This document shows positions 9,672-17,596 of a DNA stretch of 64,000 bases, piece by piece. A program made the translations under genes and the position numbers. The notes beneath the pieces were generated by a model that was not told the DNA's origin, ran no database searches, and saw only the letters and a list, made by a program, of their open reading frames with translations. The DNA is from Candidatus Bathyarchaeota archaeon (GTDB taxonomy: Archaea > Thermoproteota > Bathyarchaeia > Bathyarchaeales > Bathycorpusculaceae), in contig CAVYES010000006.1 in NCBI GenBank assembly GCA_963767735.1, forward strand, positions 128,001 to 192,000, given 5' to 3'. Numbering within the stretch: the stretch's first letter is position 1; each line of letters starts with the position of its first letter.

Positions 9672-9956
9672 ATGACGAGTAGAGAAGAAGCTAAAACAAG
9701 TAGACGCGTGGGCGTAGGTCAAGGAAGGGCAGAGCGACGATACACAAATAGAAGTGGAAAATCTGGTCACGTTAGCCCAGCAATAGTGGAAAAATATCTT
9801 GCAGGCATACATTACCCCGCAGAAAAAAAGAACTTGGTAGATAGAGCACTTGCCCAAGATGCCTCAAACGATGTGATGGAATTATTAAACAAGCTGCCTG
9901 CTAAAACCTATAAATCGCCAATAGACATAACCAAAGAAATGGGAAAAATGAAGTAA
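9672..9956 (+). CDS. DUF2795-family protein
   Basis: KYLAGIHYPAEKKNLV...A...LP...YKSPIDI pattern; GGAGGTGA SD. Confidence 0.8.
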   Translation: MTSREEAKTSRRVGVGQGRAERRYTNRSGKSGHVSPAIVEKYLAGIHYPAEKKNLVDRALAQDASNDVMELLNKLPAKTYKSPIDITKEMGKMK

Positions 9957-10155
9957 TAACTGAACACTCCGTTTATCAAATTTAATTTCTTGGAATTCGT
10001 TTCCTACTTTGTTAAAATAGATTAATGTTTTAGTCAACTTTGCTCGCTATTTGTAGGTTTTGTGATTGCTTTTTGATGACCACACACGCTTAAAGGCTAT
10101 CCTTGAGCAGATAACAGGATAACCTTTTTAGAACAAATGACGGGGGTGAATAATT

Positions 10156-10365
10156 TTGGTAGTTAAAAGTGAAGAAAAAAGGAAGATGACACGTGAGGAA
10201 GCTGGAAGAAAAGGCGGTCTAAAAGTGGCTCGAGAAAAAGGACCCCAATTTTACAGAGAGATCGGCAGGAAAGGTGGCGAAAAAGTTGCTGAGGAGCGCG
10301 GTTCCGAGTTTTACAGGGAAATCGGAAGGAAAGGCGGAGAGAGCAGAGGAAAGAGAAGTGAATAA
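10156..10365 (+). CDS. KGG-repeat stress protein
   Basis: MTREEAGRKGG and two FYREIGRKGG repeats. Confidence 0.9.
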   Translation: MVVKSEEKRKMTREEAGRKGGLKVAREKGPQFYREIGRKGGEKVAEERGSEFYREIGRKGGESRGKRSE

Positions 10366-10439
10366 AGCTTTTTTTCTCATGTGCCATTTTCGGATTTTAT
10401 TAACCGAAAGGCAAATATTGAAATAAGTTTATTGTTTAA

Positions 10440-10892
10440 TTGGTTTTGTCGATGGAAATTCTCGTTTTATATTACAGTAGAACAGGAAATACTGAAAAAA
10501 TGGCGAGAGCAGTAGCTGAAGGCGCACAAATCAACGGTAACATTAGAGTAGAATTAAATTTTCACATTGAACCTGAAGAAATAAGCAGGTTTGACGCTTT
10601 AGTCGTTGGCGCACCGACTTATCATCATGAGATGCCTATTGATTTCAAAAATCTTTTTGAGGAAGCTGCGGTTAAGGGCGTAAGTTTAAAGGGCAAAGTC
10701 GGCGCTACCTTTGGTTCTTATGGGTGGAGCGGTGAAGCACCTGGACTTATTTTGGAAATTATGAAAAATAAGTTTGAGATGCAAGTTGTTGAATCGCCTT
10801 TACTTGTGAAGTATACTCCTGACGAAAAAATGCTTAGCTCTTGTAAAGATTTAGGAAAAAGAATTTCCGAAAACTTGCAGAAGAAGGCTTAA
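10440..10892 (+). CDS. flavodoxin
   Basis: YYSRTGNTEKMA FMN loop; GAPTY; FGSYGWSGEA. Confidence 0.9.
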   Translation: MVLSMEILVLYYSRTGNTEKMARAVAEGAQINGNIRVELNFHIEPEEISRFDALVVGAPTYHHEMPIDFKNLFEEAAVKGVSLKGKVGATFGSYGWSGEAPGLILEIMKNKFEMQVVESPLLVKYTPDEKMLSSCKDLGKRISENLQKKA

Positions 10893-10912
10893 CCTAAGTG
10901 AAGTGAGGATGT

Positions 10913-11398
10913 ATGGAAAAACCGAAGAATAATCTTGTTGAATTTTTGAAAAATCAAATAGTGATTGAAAACGAAATAGTTGCTTCCCTTGAAAAAGCAC
11001 TTGTTGACATGAAGAATCCGGCTGTTAAAGGCGTCTTGAAGGGTGTTTCGCTGGATTCTGTGAAGCACGCGGAACTTTACACGTCAGCCGTTACCTTGCT
11101 GACTGGTACTCCTACAGCATTAACGCAGGAGAACCTTGATCAGCAAAGAGCACTCATAGAAAAACACATAGAGATAGAATCGAAACTGATTAAGCGCCTT
11201 GAAGTCATGATACCTAATATTGAAAACAAGAAGGTTGTGTTTCTCTTAAACTCCATATTAGCCGATGAAATCAGACACCACGCTATGCTAAAGATGGTTT
11301 TAGAAATAATTGTTCACGGAGAAACAATAACTGAGGAAGATTGGTGGAAACTGCTGTGGGAAAACGCGCCGTTTCACGGAGCTCCTGGTGGCGGTTAA
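10913..11398 (+). CDS. ferritin-like / rubrerythrin-like di-iron protein
   Basis: E...DSVKH and E...DEIRHH four-helix-bundle ligand pattern. Confidence 0.75.
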   Translation: MEKPKNNLVEFLKNQIVIENEIVASLEKALVDMKNPAVKGVLKGVSLDSVKHAELYTSAVTLLTGTPTALTQENLDQQRALIEKHIEIESKLIKRLEVMIPNIENKKVVFLLNSILADEIRHHAMLKMVLEIIVHGETITEEDWWKLLWENAPFHGAPGGG

Positions 11399-11429
11399 TA
11401 AAAAAAACTTTGGGATTTTTAGATTTTAG

Positions 11430-12377
11430 CTAAGAGTTAGCGTTGTTATTCATGACTTGTTCAGACGAGCTCCATGTGTCTTCGACTATTTGCTGAAGCT
11501 CCTTGAGTACTGACGCTAACATTTCGCCTTTGCAGGTTAAGCCATAAGCTTTCGGAGTTTTCCTGATGAAAACCAACTTTTTGCCTTTTAAGCCTCTGAG
11601 ATACTTGTATGTTCTTCTCATGGAGATTTCTGTTTCTTTGGCGATCCTTCCAGCCGGGATTCCTTCACTTGTGATGACATCGTAAACTTTTCGTTCGGGA
11701 ATTGTGAAGGTTTCTATGTTTGGGTCTCGTTTTGATTTAAAGAAAAATATGTAATCCCTCTCAATGGGGGTTTCTATCAAACCTGCAGATCGTAAACGCT
11801 TTAGTATTCGGGAAGCGATTTTTGACGAGATAAGCGCTTCGATATCTTCAAAAGTTTTTGGTCCTGACAATAAAGACTGTAAAAGAATTTCTTCATAGCA
11901 TTCCGAGTGGGCTGGAAGCATTTCCGCAAATTCTGGGAAGCATCCTAATAGCTCGGTTAACCGACCGCCAAACATGGTTGCATAGTATTCGTCTCGTGCT
12001 TCTGTAGCTAGACCTACTGCCATTAAAGGCTGCAAGTATTCTTCGTTTATGGTGTCTTGGCTGTGGCTGTGACCAGTTTCTTTAAGTTCTTGTTGTAATT
12101 GGCTTACTGAGTATCTACCGCTTACGATAGCTTTTAGAATATGCAGTCTTGTCTCGTTTTTTAGAACGTTGAAGAGTTCTTTTAAGTAGTTTGGGTTATC
12201 CATTGTTTCGCGGAGTTTTCTTAGTTCGTTTTTTAGTTTGTATACTCGGCATCGGTTTATGCATTCTAAGGGTGTTATTGGAGCGCAGTTTCTGCATTCT
12301 GCATTAAGTGTTTTAAGCATTCCGACAAGGTCGTGGTTGTTTTCAGTTTTTCGGGGTGGTAATAGGACATTGCCCAT
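11430..12377 (-). CDS. multi winged-HTH regulator with N-terminal 4-Cys motif
   Basis: CRNC...CINRC; several wHTH-like segments (NETRLHIL, ILKRLRSAGLI, YKYLRGLKGKKLV). Confidence 0.7.
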   Translation of the reverse strand: MGNVLLPPRKTENNHDLVGMLKTLNAECRNCAPITPLECINRCRVYKLKNELRKLRETMDNPNYLKELFNVLKNETRLHILKAIVSGRYSVSQLQQELKETGHSHSQDTINEEYLQPLMAVGLATEARDEYYATMFGGRLTELLGCFPEFAEMLPAHSECYEEILLQSLLSGPKTFEDIEALISSKIASRILKRLRSAGLIETPIERDYIFFFKSKRDPNIETFTIPERKVYDVITSEGIPAGRIAKETEISMRRTYKYLRGLKGKKLVFIRKTPKAYGLTCKGEMLASVLKELQQIVEDTWSSSEQVMNNNANS

Positions 12378-12460
12378 TTGTTTTTTCTCCTATCTTGGCG
12401 TTTGCCGTGACAGGGAAGCCCTAAAGGTCTTGCAAACTTTTTTGCGATTGATACCCCGTC

Positions 12461-12494
12461 ATGACGCACGTCATAAAATATGACAAGCGTCATA
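12461..12494. promoter_or_regulatory. tandem palindromic operator ATGAC-N4-GTCAT x2 abutting a TATA box
   Basis: ATGACGCACGTCAT 12461-12474 and ATGACAAGCGTCAT 12480-12493, followed by TTTAAATA at 12495, between divergent regulators. Confidence 0.7.
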
Positions 12495-12526
12495 TTTAAA
12501 TAGGTTTTCCCCAGAAATAAGAGTAA

Positions 12527-12913
12527 TTGGTGTTAAACTTGATACTACCATGCGAAGTGGGCGTAAAAACCGTTTTGCCAGCCGTAAAAGCACTAATGGC
12601 AAGGTCAATCGTTGAAAAACACGGATTGAACGAAAAACAAACTGCGGAACTCCTTGGCCTATCCCAATCTGCAGTTAGCCGATATGTGGGAAGAGAAAGA
12701 GGAAACCTACTTACGATAGAAAACTCGACTGAAGTTTTAGCACTTATAGATCAAATGGTCACTTCACTCATAAAAGACCCTAACAACAGAGCAGAAATCC
12801 TCAATCTTTTCTGTCAAACCTGTACAGCCATCCGAGAAAAAGGCCTGATGTGCCCGTTTTGCCAAAAAGAAATGTCTCCACAATGGGCGGAAAACTGTCT
12901 CTTTTGCCGCTAA
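12527..12913 (+). CDS. HTH transcriptional regulator with Cys-rich C-terminus (COG2522-like)
   Basis: PCE...AELLGLSQSAVSRY...RG HTH; CQTC, CPFC, CLFC. Confidence 0.8.
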   Translation: MVLNLILPCEVGVKTVLPAVKALMARSIVEKHGLNEKQTAELLGLSQSAVSRYVGRERGNLLTIENSTEVLALIDQMVTSLIKDPNNRAEILNLFCQTCTAIREKGLMCPFCQKEMSPQWAENCLFCR

Positions 12914-12969
12914 TTGAGAGCAATTAAGATTTATTAAAAACGAAGTTTAATGTTTTTTGAGGAACCTCG

Positions 12970-13908
12970 ATGTCTTCCGATGAGACTGCTTTTTTAGATA
13001 CCCTTGAAAAAGTGACCAAAAGCGTAGTTAACATAAGCGCCATAAAACTCGTTCACAACATTTTCTACCAAGCTGTACCTGTGGGAGGAATGGGTTCGGG
13101 AACCATAATCGATCCGAAGGGGCTAATTTTAACAAACAACCACGTGGTCGGCGGCGCACAAAAAATCAGCGTTACTTTAAGCAGCAACGAAATAGTTGAA
13201 GGCACAATTGTTGGATCATGCGCCATTCACGACATAGCTGTGGTTAAAATTAATGGTAATAAAAGAAATCTTCAGGCAGCACAACTTGGCGACTCAGATA
13301 AAATACGGGTAGGGCAAAGGGTCTATGCTATTGGTAACCCCTTCGGTTTAGCAGGTGGACCAAGCGTAACTTCCGGAGTTATAAGCGCCGTTAATAGGAC
13401 AATAGAATCTGACCGAGGCTTGATAGAGAACCTTGTTCAAACGGATGCATCTATTAACCCAGGAAACAGTGGCGGTCCACTAGTAGATGTTACCGGTAAA
13501 GTTATCGCAATTAACACCGCGATTATTCCTTTTGCTCAGGGCATCGGTTTTGCTGTTCCTATAAACTCAGCGAAAAGTTGCACTGATGAAATTGTTACCG
13601 AAGGAGGAGTCAAAAGACCCTGGCTCGGCATCGTGGGATTAACTTTAACGCGGGAAATCTCGCGTTACTATGGTCTACCAGTGAACCGTGGAGTTTTAGT
13701 CACCCGAATTGCTGACGGCAGCCCTGCAGAAGCCGCTGGAATGGCTGAAGGAGACATCATTCTAGAAATAGGCAAGACAGAGACCAATAAAATTGAGGAC
13801 TTGGTCAATGAGATTCAGAGAAGAAAAGTCGGTGACGTAGAAAGAATTCTTGCCCTACGCAACGGCGGGGAACACTTCTTTGAGTTAAAACTAAGCGAAG
13901 CACCATAA
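12970..13908 (+). CDS. htrA: HtrA/DegP-like serine protease with PDZ domain
   Basis: TNNHVV, DIAV and INPGNSGGPL triad motifs; C-terminal PDZ; no signal peptide. Confidence 0.92.
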   Translation: MSSDETAFLDTLEKVTKSVVNISAIKLVHNIFYQAVPVGGMGSGTIIDPKGLILTNNHVVGGAQKISVTLSSNEIVEGTIVGSCAIHDIAVVKINGNKRNLQAAQLGDSDKIRVGQRVYAIGNPFGLAGGPSVTSGVISAVNRTIESDRGLIENLVQTDASINPGNSGGPLVDVTGKVIAINTAIIPFAQGIGFAVPINSAKSCTDEIVTEGGVKRPWLGIVGLTLTREISRYYGLPVNRGVLVTRIADGSPAEAAGMAEGDIILEIGKTETNKIEDLVNEIQRRKVGDVERILALRNGGEHFFELKLSEAP

Positions 13909-13935
13909 ACACAGTTTAAAGCGGGAGGATTTACG

Positions 13936-14361
13936 TTGAGTCAAAGTCAAATTAAAGATATCTTAAAAAAATACAAAGTTATTGCGGTTGTTGGTTTATC
14001 TAAAGAACCCGGGAAAGATAGCCACAGAGTTAGCGCTTACCTAAAACAACATGGCTACCGCATCATTCCAGTAAACCCTTTCGCGGATGAGATTCTCGGC
14101 GAAAAAAGCTTCCCAAGCCTGCTAGATATTCCACCAGAAATCCAAAAAACCATAGAAATAGTTGACATTTTCCGACCATCAAAAGAAGTGCAGCCGATAG
14201 TACAGCAAGCCGTCAAACTAAAAGAGACTAATGGAAAGCCCTTCGTGGTTTGGATGCAGCTTGGAATAGTTAATGAAGAGGCCGCTGAGGCAGCTAAACG
14301 TGCCGGTTTGATTGTTGTTATGGATAAATGTTTGATGATCGAGCATCACAACTTAGCTTAG
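13936..14361 (+). CDS. CoA-binding protein (YccU-like)
   Basis: IAVVGLS, IIPVNP, VDIFRPS, WMQLG, MDKC. Confidence 0.9.
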   Translation: MSQSQIKDILKKYKVIAVVGLSKEPGKDSHRVSAYLKQHGYRIIPVNPFADEILGEKSFPSLLDIPPEIQKTIEIVDIFRPSKEVQPIVQQAVKLKETNGKPFVVWMQLGIVNEEAAEAAKRAGLIVVMDKCLMIEHHNLA

Positions 14362-14439
14362 AAGGCTTCAGCGCGGAGCAGTAATTGCTACAAAAATGGT
14401 TCAGCAGAGAAACATTTCACAATATGAAGAAAGACAAGT

Positions 14440-14919
14440 TTATGTGATTTGTTCGAGAACTTTTTGTATTTCCTGATAGTTTGGTTCAACTGCTGGATTA
14501 TCCGAGATCCAAACATACCGAACTGTACCTTCTGAGTCAATGACGAAGATTGAACGTTTAGCAACCGTGTAGCCGTCAAGCCCGGCAAAATTGGGTAACT
14601 CTAATTCATAGGTTCTGGTAACTTCACGTTTGTAGTCGCTTAGTATTGGAAAGGGTAGCCTGTTTTTTTCTGAGAATGCTTTATTTGAGAAGGGGTCATT
14701 TACGCTTATTCCGATAACCTGCGCATTCAAATCGATAAGTCGCGCCATGGAATCGCGGAATTCACACATTTCCTTTGTACATGTTGAAGTGAATGCACCA
14801 ACAAAAAAAGCTAAAACGATTTTTTTCCCCAAGAACTCATTTAGGCTCCTTGATTTCTTATCCGTATCGGGCAAAGTGAAGTCTGGCGCCTTGTCTCCAA
14901 CTTTTATTTTGCTTGACAT
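14440..14919 (-). CDS. bcp: peroxiredoxin (Bcp/PrxQ type)
   Basis: APDFTLPD; [10 protein letters not shown]; AKRSIFVID. Confidence 0.88.
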   Translation of the reverse strand: MSSKIKVGDKAPDFTLPDTDKKSRSLNEFLGKKIVLAFFVGAFTSTCTKEMCEFRDSMARLIDLNAQVIGISVNDPFSNKAFSEKNRLPFPILSDYKREVTRTYELELPNFAGLDGYTVAKRSIFVIDSEGTVRYVWISDNPAVEPNYQEIQKVLEQIT

Positions 14920-14981
14920 AAAAAGTAATCCTTAATTCTAGAAAAAAGATTTAGGTGTATAAATGGATGACGCTTTTGATT

Positions 14982-15662
14982 TTAGCCAAAAGTGAAGGCG
15001 CTTGGACAAATTTTGTTGAGAACGCATGTTTCGCATTTGGGTTTTCTTGCAATGCATACTTGTCGGCCGTGGAAAATCAGCAAATCGGTGAGTTTCATCC
15101 ACTTGTCTTTTGGAGTAATTTTCATTAGGTCTTGCTCTATTTTAGCAGGGTCATCGTGTTCGGAAAGTCCAAGTCGCTGAGAGAGCCTGCGGACATGAGT
15201 GTCGACTGCTATTCCGGAGATTATGCCGTAAGCATTGTATAATACTATGTTAGCGGTTTTTCGCGCAACACCCGGAAGCTCCAGCATCTCATCCATCGTT
15301 TTTGGAACTTGCGAATGGTATTTTTCGACTAAGAGTTGGCAGCATTTTTTTAGATTTCTGGCTTTGTTATGGTAGAAGCCTGTTGAGCGTATGTCTTGTT
15401 CTAACTCTTTTATGTCAACGCTAACATAATCTTCGGGCGTGCGGTATTTTTTGAAAAGTTTTTGGGTTACTATGTTTACTCTTTCATCAGTAGTTTGAGC
15501 CGATAGCATGGTTGCTACAAGTATTTCCAATGGGTCAGAGTAGTTAAGAGCAGTTTTTGCGTTTGGAAACTGTTTTTCCAGCAGTTCAATTATTTTGGCT
15601 GTCCTCTGTTTGGGTTCAAGGAATATTTCCGGTCTTTTCATCCAGATTCTCCTTAGAAGCAC
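14982..15662 (-). CDS. nth: endonuclease III
   Basis: LSAQTTD, LPGVARKTAN HhH, AVDTHV and CIARKPKCETCVLNKIC Fe-S motif. Confidence 0.95.
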   Translation of the reverse strand: MLLRRIWMKRPEIFLEPKQRTAKIIELLEKQFPNAKTALNYSDPLEILVATMLSAQTTDERVNIVTQKLFKKYRTPEDYVSVDIKELEQDIRSTGFYHNKARNLKKCCQLLVEKYHSQVPKTMDEMLELPGVARKTANIVLYNAYGIISGIAVDTHVRRLSQRLGLSEHDDPAKIEQDLMKITPKDKWMKLTDLLIFHGRQVCIARKPKCETCVLNKICPSAFTFG

Positions 15663-15839
15663 GACTGTTTAATCTAGTGAACTGTTGGGGAAATAAAAGT
15701 TTGCTTCGATGGATAATTGTTTTAACATTTGTTTAATAATGCCGTTATGTACTTCAAATTTGCAAATATTTATCGGATTGTTATTGCGCAATGTTTATAT
15801 AATTTCCAATAATCTGAAAATATGTTAATCTAATTTAAA

Positions 15840-16406
15840 GTGGCAGTTATGGTTAACCCAACAAGAATAACCGTTGCCTTCGACAAAACAACAGCCGACT
15901 TGCTGGAAAAAATAAGTACCGATGCGCAAGTATCACAAAGCGAAGTTATGCGCCGTGCCCTAAAATTCTACAACGAAAACAAAGCTCTCGAAGACCCAGC
16001 AATCAAGAAAAAAATTCAGGCTTACATGGATATGCTTCTTAATGGTGAACACGTCATCATAGATGTTGATCACTGGCTGATGTTCTTGCGGCTGATCGCT
16101 TCATCGCCTGGACGGGAAAAGTTTTGGAGCGAACATAAGGAAGTAGCTCGAGCTCACTGGGAACAGCTCAAAACAAAAGTGCATTCACCAGAAGAAATGC
16201 TATTCAGACTTGAGGCCTGCAACTTTTACCGTTTAACAAAGAACGGCCCAAACGACTACACATTAGTTTTGGTTTCCGAGATTTCGAAGGATTTCATCAG
16301 GGTATTCCTTGAAGAGTACTTTGCAGCTATGGGCGTCAAAGCCGAGATAAAAGAGAACTTAACCAAACTCAGAGTTACAATTAAACCCGCCACAACAAGA
16401 ATGTAA
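15840..16406 (+). CDS. ribbon-helix-helix (CopG-like) regulator with C-terminal ligand-binding domain
   Basis: RITVAFD...SQSEVMRRAL RHH N-terminus. Confidence 0.75.
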   Translation: MAVMVNPTRITVAFDKTTADLLEKISTDAQVSQSEVMRRALKFYNENKALEDPAIKKKIQAYMDMLLNGEHVIIDVDHWLMFLRLIASSPGREKFWSEHKEVARAHWEQLKTKVHSPEEMLFRLEACNFYRLTKNGPNDYTLVLVSEISKDFIRVFLEEYFAAMGVKAEIKENLTKLRVTIKPATTRM

Positions 16407-16496
16407 AAAGCCCCAAACTTTTTTAGCCTCTACTCCTGCGCAGTGCACAAATGTTTTTACACTATTTTGCACTAACCATTGTTCTAGGTGACTGAA

Positions 16497-16646
16497 GTGA
16501 GTATAAAACTAAAAGTTGACGGAAAAGAAATTCCATTAAACGAATTTGTGGAGAAAATCTTAAACGGAACATTAATAGGCGCCGTTACTTCGCTCCGAGG
16601 AATAAAAGAGGATTGGAAAAAAATCGAGATAGAAATTCAAAAGTAA
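16497..16646 (+). CDS. 49-aa protein resembling a MobB C-terminal-like domain (not in ORF track)
   Basis: AGGTGA SD, GTG start; SIKLKVDGKEIPLNEFVEKILNGTLIGAVTSLRGIKEDWKKIEIEIQK. Confidence 0.7.
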   Translation: MSIKLKVDGKEIPLNEFVEKILNGTLIGAVTSLRGIKEDWKKIEIEIQK

Positions 16647-16648
16647 AT

Positions 16649-17209
16649 TTAACCGTTAAATTCGACGGCGCTGTCGATTTCCGCGAACAGTTCCTTTTTA
16701 GCTTTGCATATTGGGCAAATGTACGGTGGGTCTTCCCTAAACACTACATATCCGCATTGTTTGCAGTACCATAACTTCTTTTTAACTCCCGATTGTGTTT
16801 TTTCAGCTTTTGGTGTTGGTTTTTCTTGTTGTCCTTGAGAAGGCGCTTGGTTAGTTGGGGCTGCTTGTGTTCCGTAAGCTCTTTCCATTTTTTCTGGGGG
16901 TCTTCGTTCGGGTACTTCGGGTAAGTTTTGGCTTTCGTAAACTTGTTTGTTGACGTAGAGTCTGCAATAGCAGGCGCCGTATTGGGCGACGTCTGGGTCG
17001 CGATAATCGCAGGGGCAAATTATGTCTCGATCATATTCGAAGTTGCCTGAGGTTAGCCTACATGGGCATAGCGGGTAGCCGTAGCGGTCTTCGTTTGTTT
17101 TTAATCCTTCCAAAAAGCCCTGTAAAAGTTCAGGCTGAGGCGTTAGATAGTATCCGTAGGTTTTAGCGTCTGCTTCAGCCCTTTTTCGAACTTCCTCTAT
17201 GGTAGTCAA
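16649..17209 (-). CDS. ferredoxin:disulfide reductase (FTR catalytic-like domain plus rubredoxin domain)
   Basis: CPCR, CPCD and CYC FTR motifs; C-terminal CKQCG...CPICK. Confidence 0.9.
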   Translation of the reverse strand: MTTIEEVRKRAEADAKTYGYYLTPQPELLQGFLEGLKTNEDRYGYPLCPCRLTSGNFEYDRDIICPCDYRDPDVAQYGACYCRLYVNKQVYESQNLPEVPERRPPEKMERAYGTQAAPTNQAPSQGQQEKPTPKAEKTQSGVKKKLWYCKQCGYVVFREDPPYICPICKAKKELFAEIDSAVEFNG

Positions 17210-17514
17210 ATTTCCAACGCCTCTTTAAGTTTGTCTTTGCGAAAACCGGTAATAACAACTTTATCATCCACAATAATCGTTGGATAGCTAATCATACCGC
17301 CCGCGTTTTGGACTGTTTCATGAATTTTTTGTTTATCTTTCTCGTCTTCTAGATCCACATCAACGTATTCGTATTGGATATTGTTCTCGTTTAGAAACTG
17401 TTTAGTCATCTTGCACCAAACACAAGTGCTTAAAGCGTACAGGAAAACCTTGTGTTTGTTGTTTTTACCCAAAATCTTAGAAATATTCATAGCGAAACAC
17501 TCTACTAGAAACAT
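17206..17514 (-). CDS. glutaredoxin-like protein, CVWC (methanoredoxin-like)
   Basis: ALSTCVWCK...SYPTI...GF; 4-nt overlap with the FDR gene. Confidence 0.88.
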   Translation of the reverse strand: MFLVECFAMNISKILGKNNKHKVFLYALSTCVWCKMTKQFLNENNIQYEYVDVDLEDEKDKQKIHETVQNAGGMISYPTIIVDDKVVITGFRKDKLKEALEI

Positions 17515-17596
17515 TTGCTCTCGGCGAAATATATCTTTAGCTGAGCTAAAGTTAAAAATCGGGTCGGATTATTTTCTATCGTAAGAAGTTCTGCAA

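Noticed and set aside
6310-10365. RiPP cluster (radical SAM plus short repeated peptides as precursors)
   Set aside because: The peptides match KGG/Em hydrophilins along their whole length, there is no RRE/SPASM domain or transporter, and the radical SAM gene is co-oriented with the GT genes instead
8031-10365. CRISPR-like repeats
   Set aside because: The repeats are codon-degenerate coding modules without unique spacers, and no cas genes are present
7992-10387. Antisense ORFs over the KGG genes and similar shadow ORFs elsewhere (e.g. within copA, cdc48, glmS)
   Set aside because: They are the reverse frames of well-supported genes and have no motifs of their own
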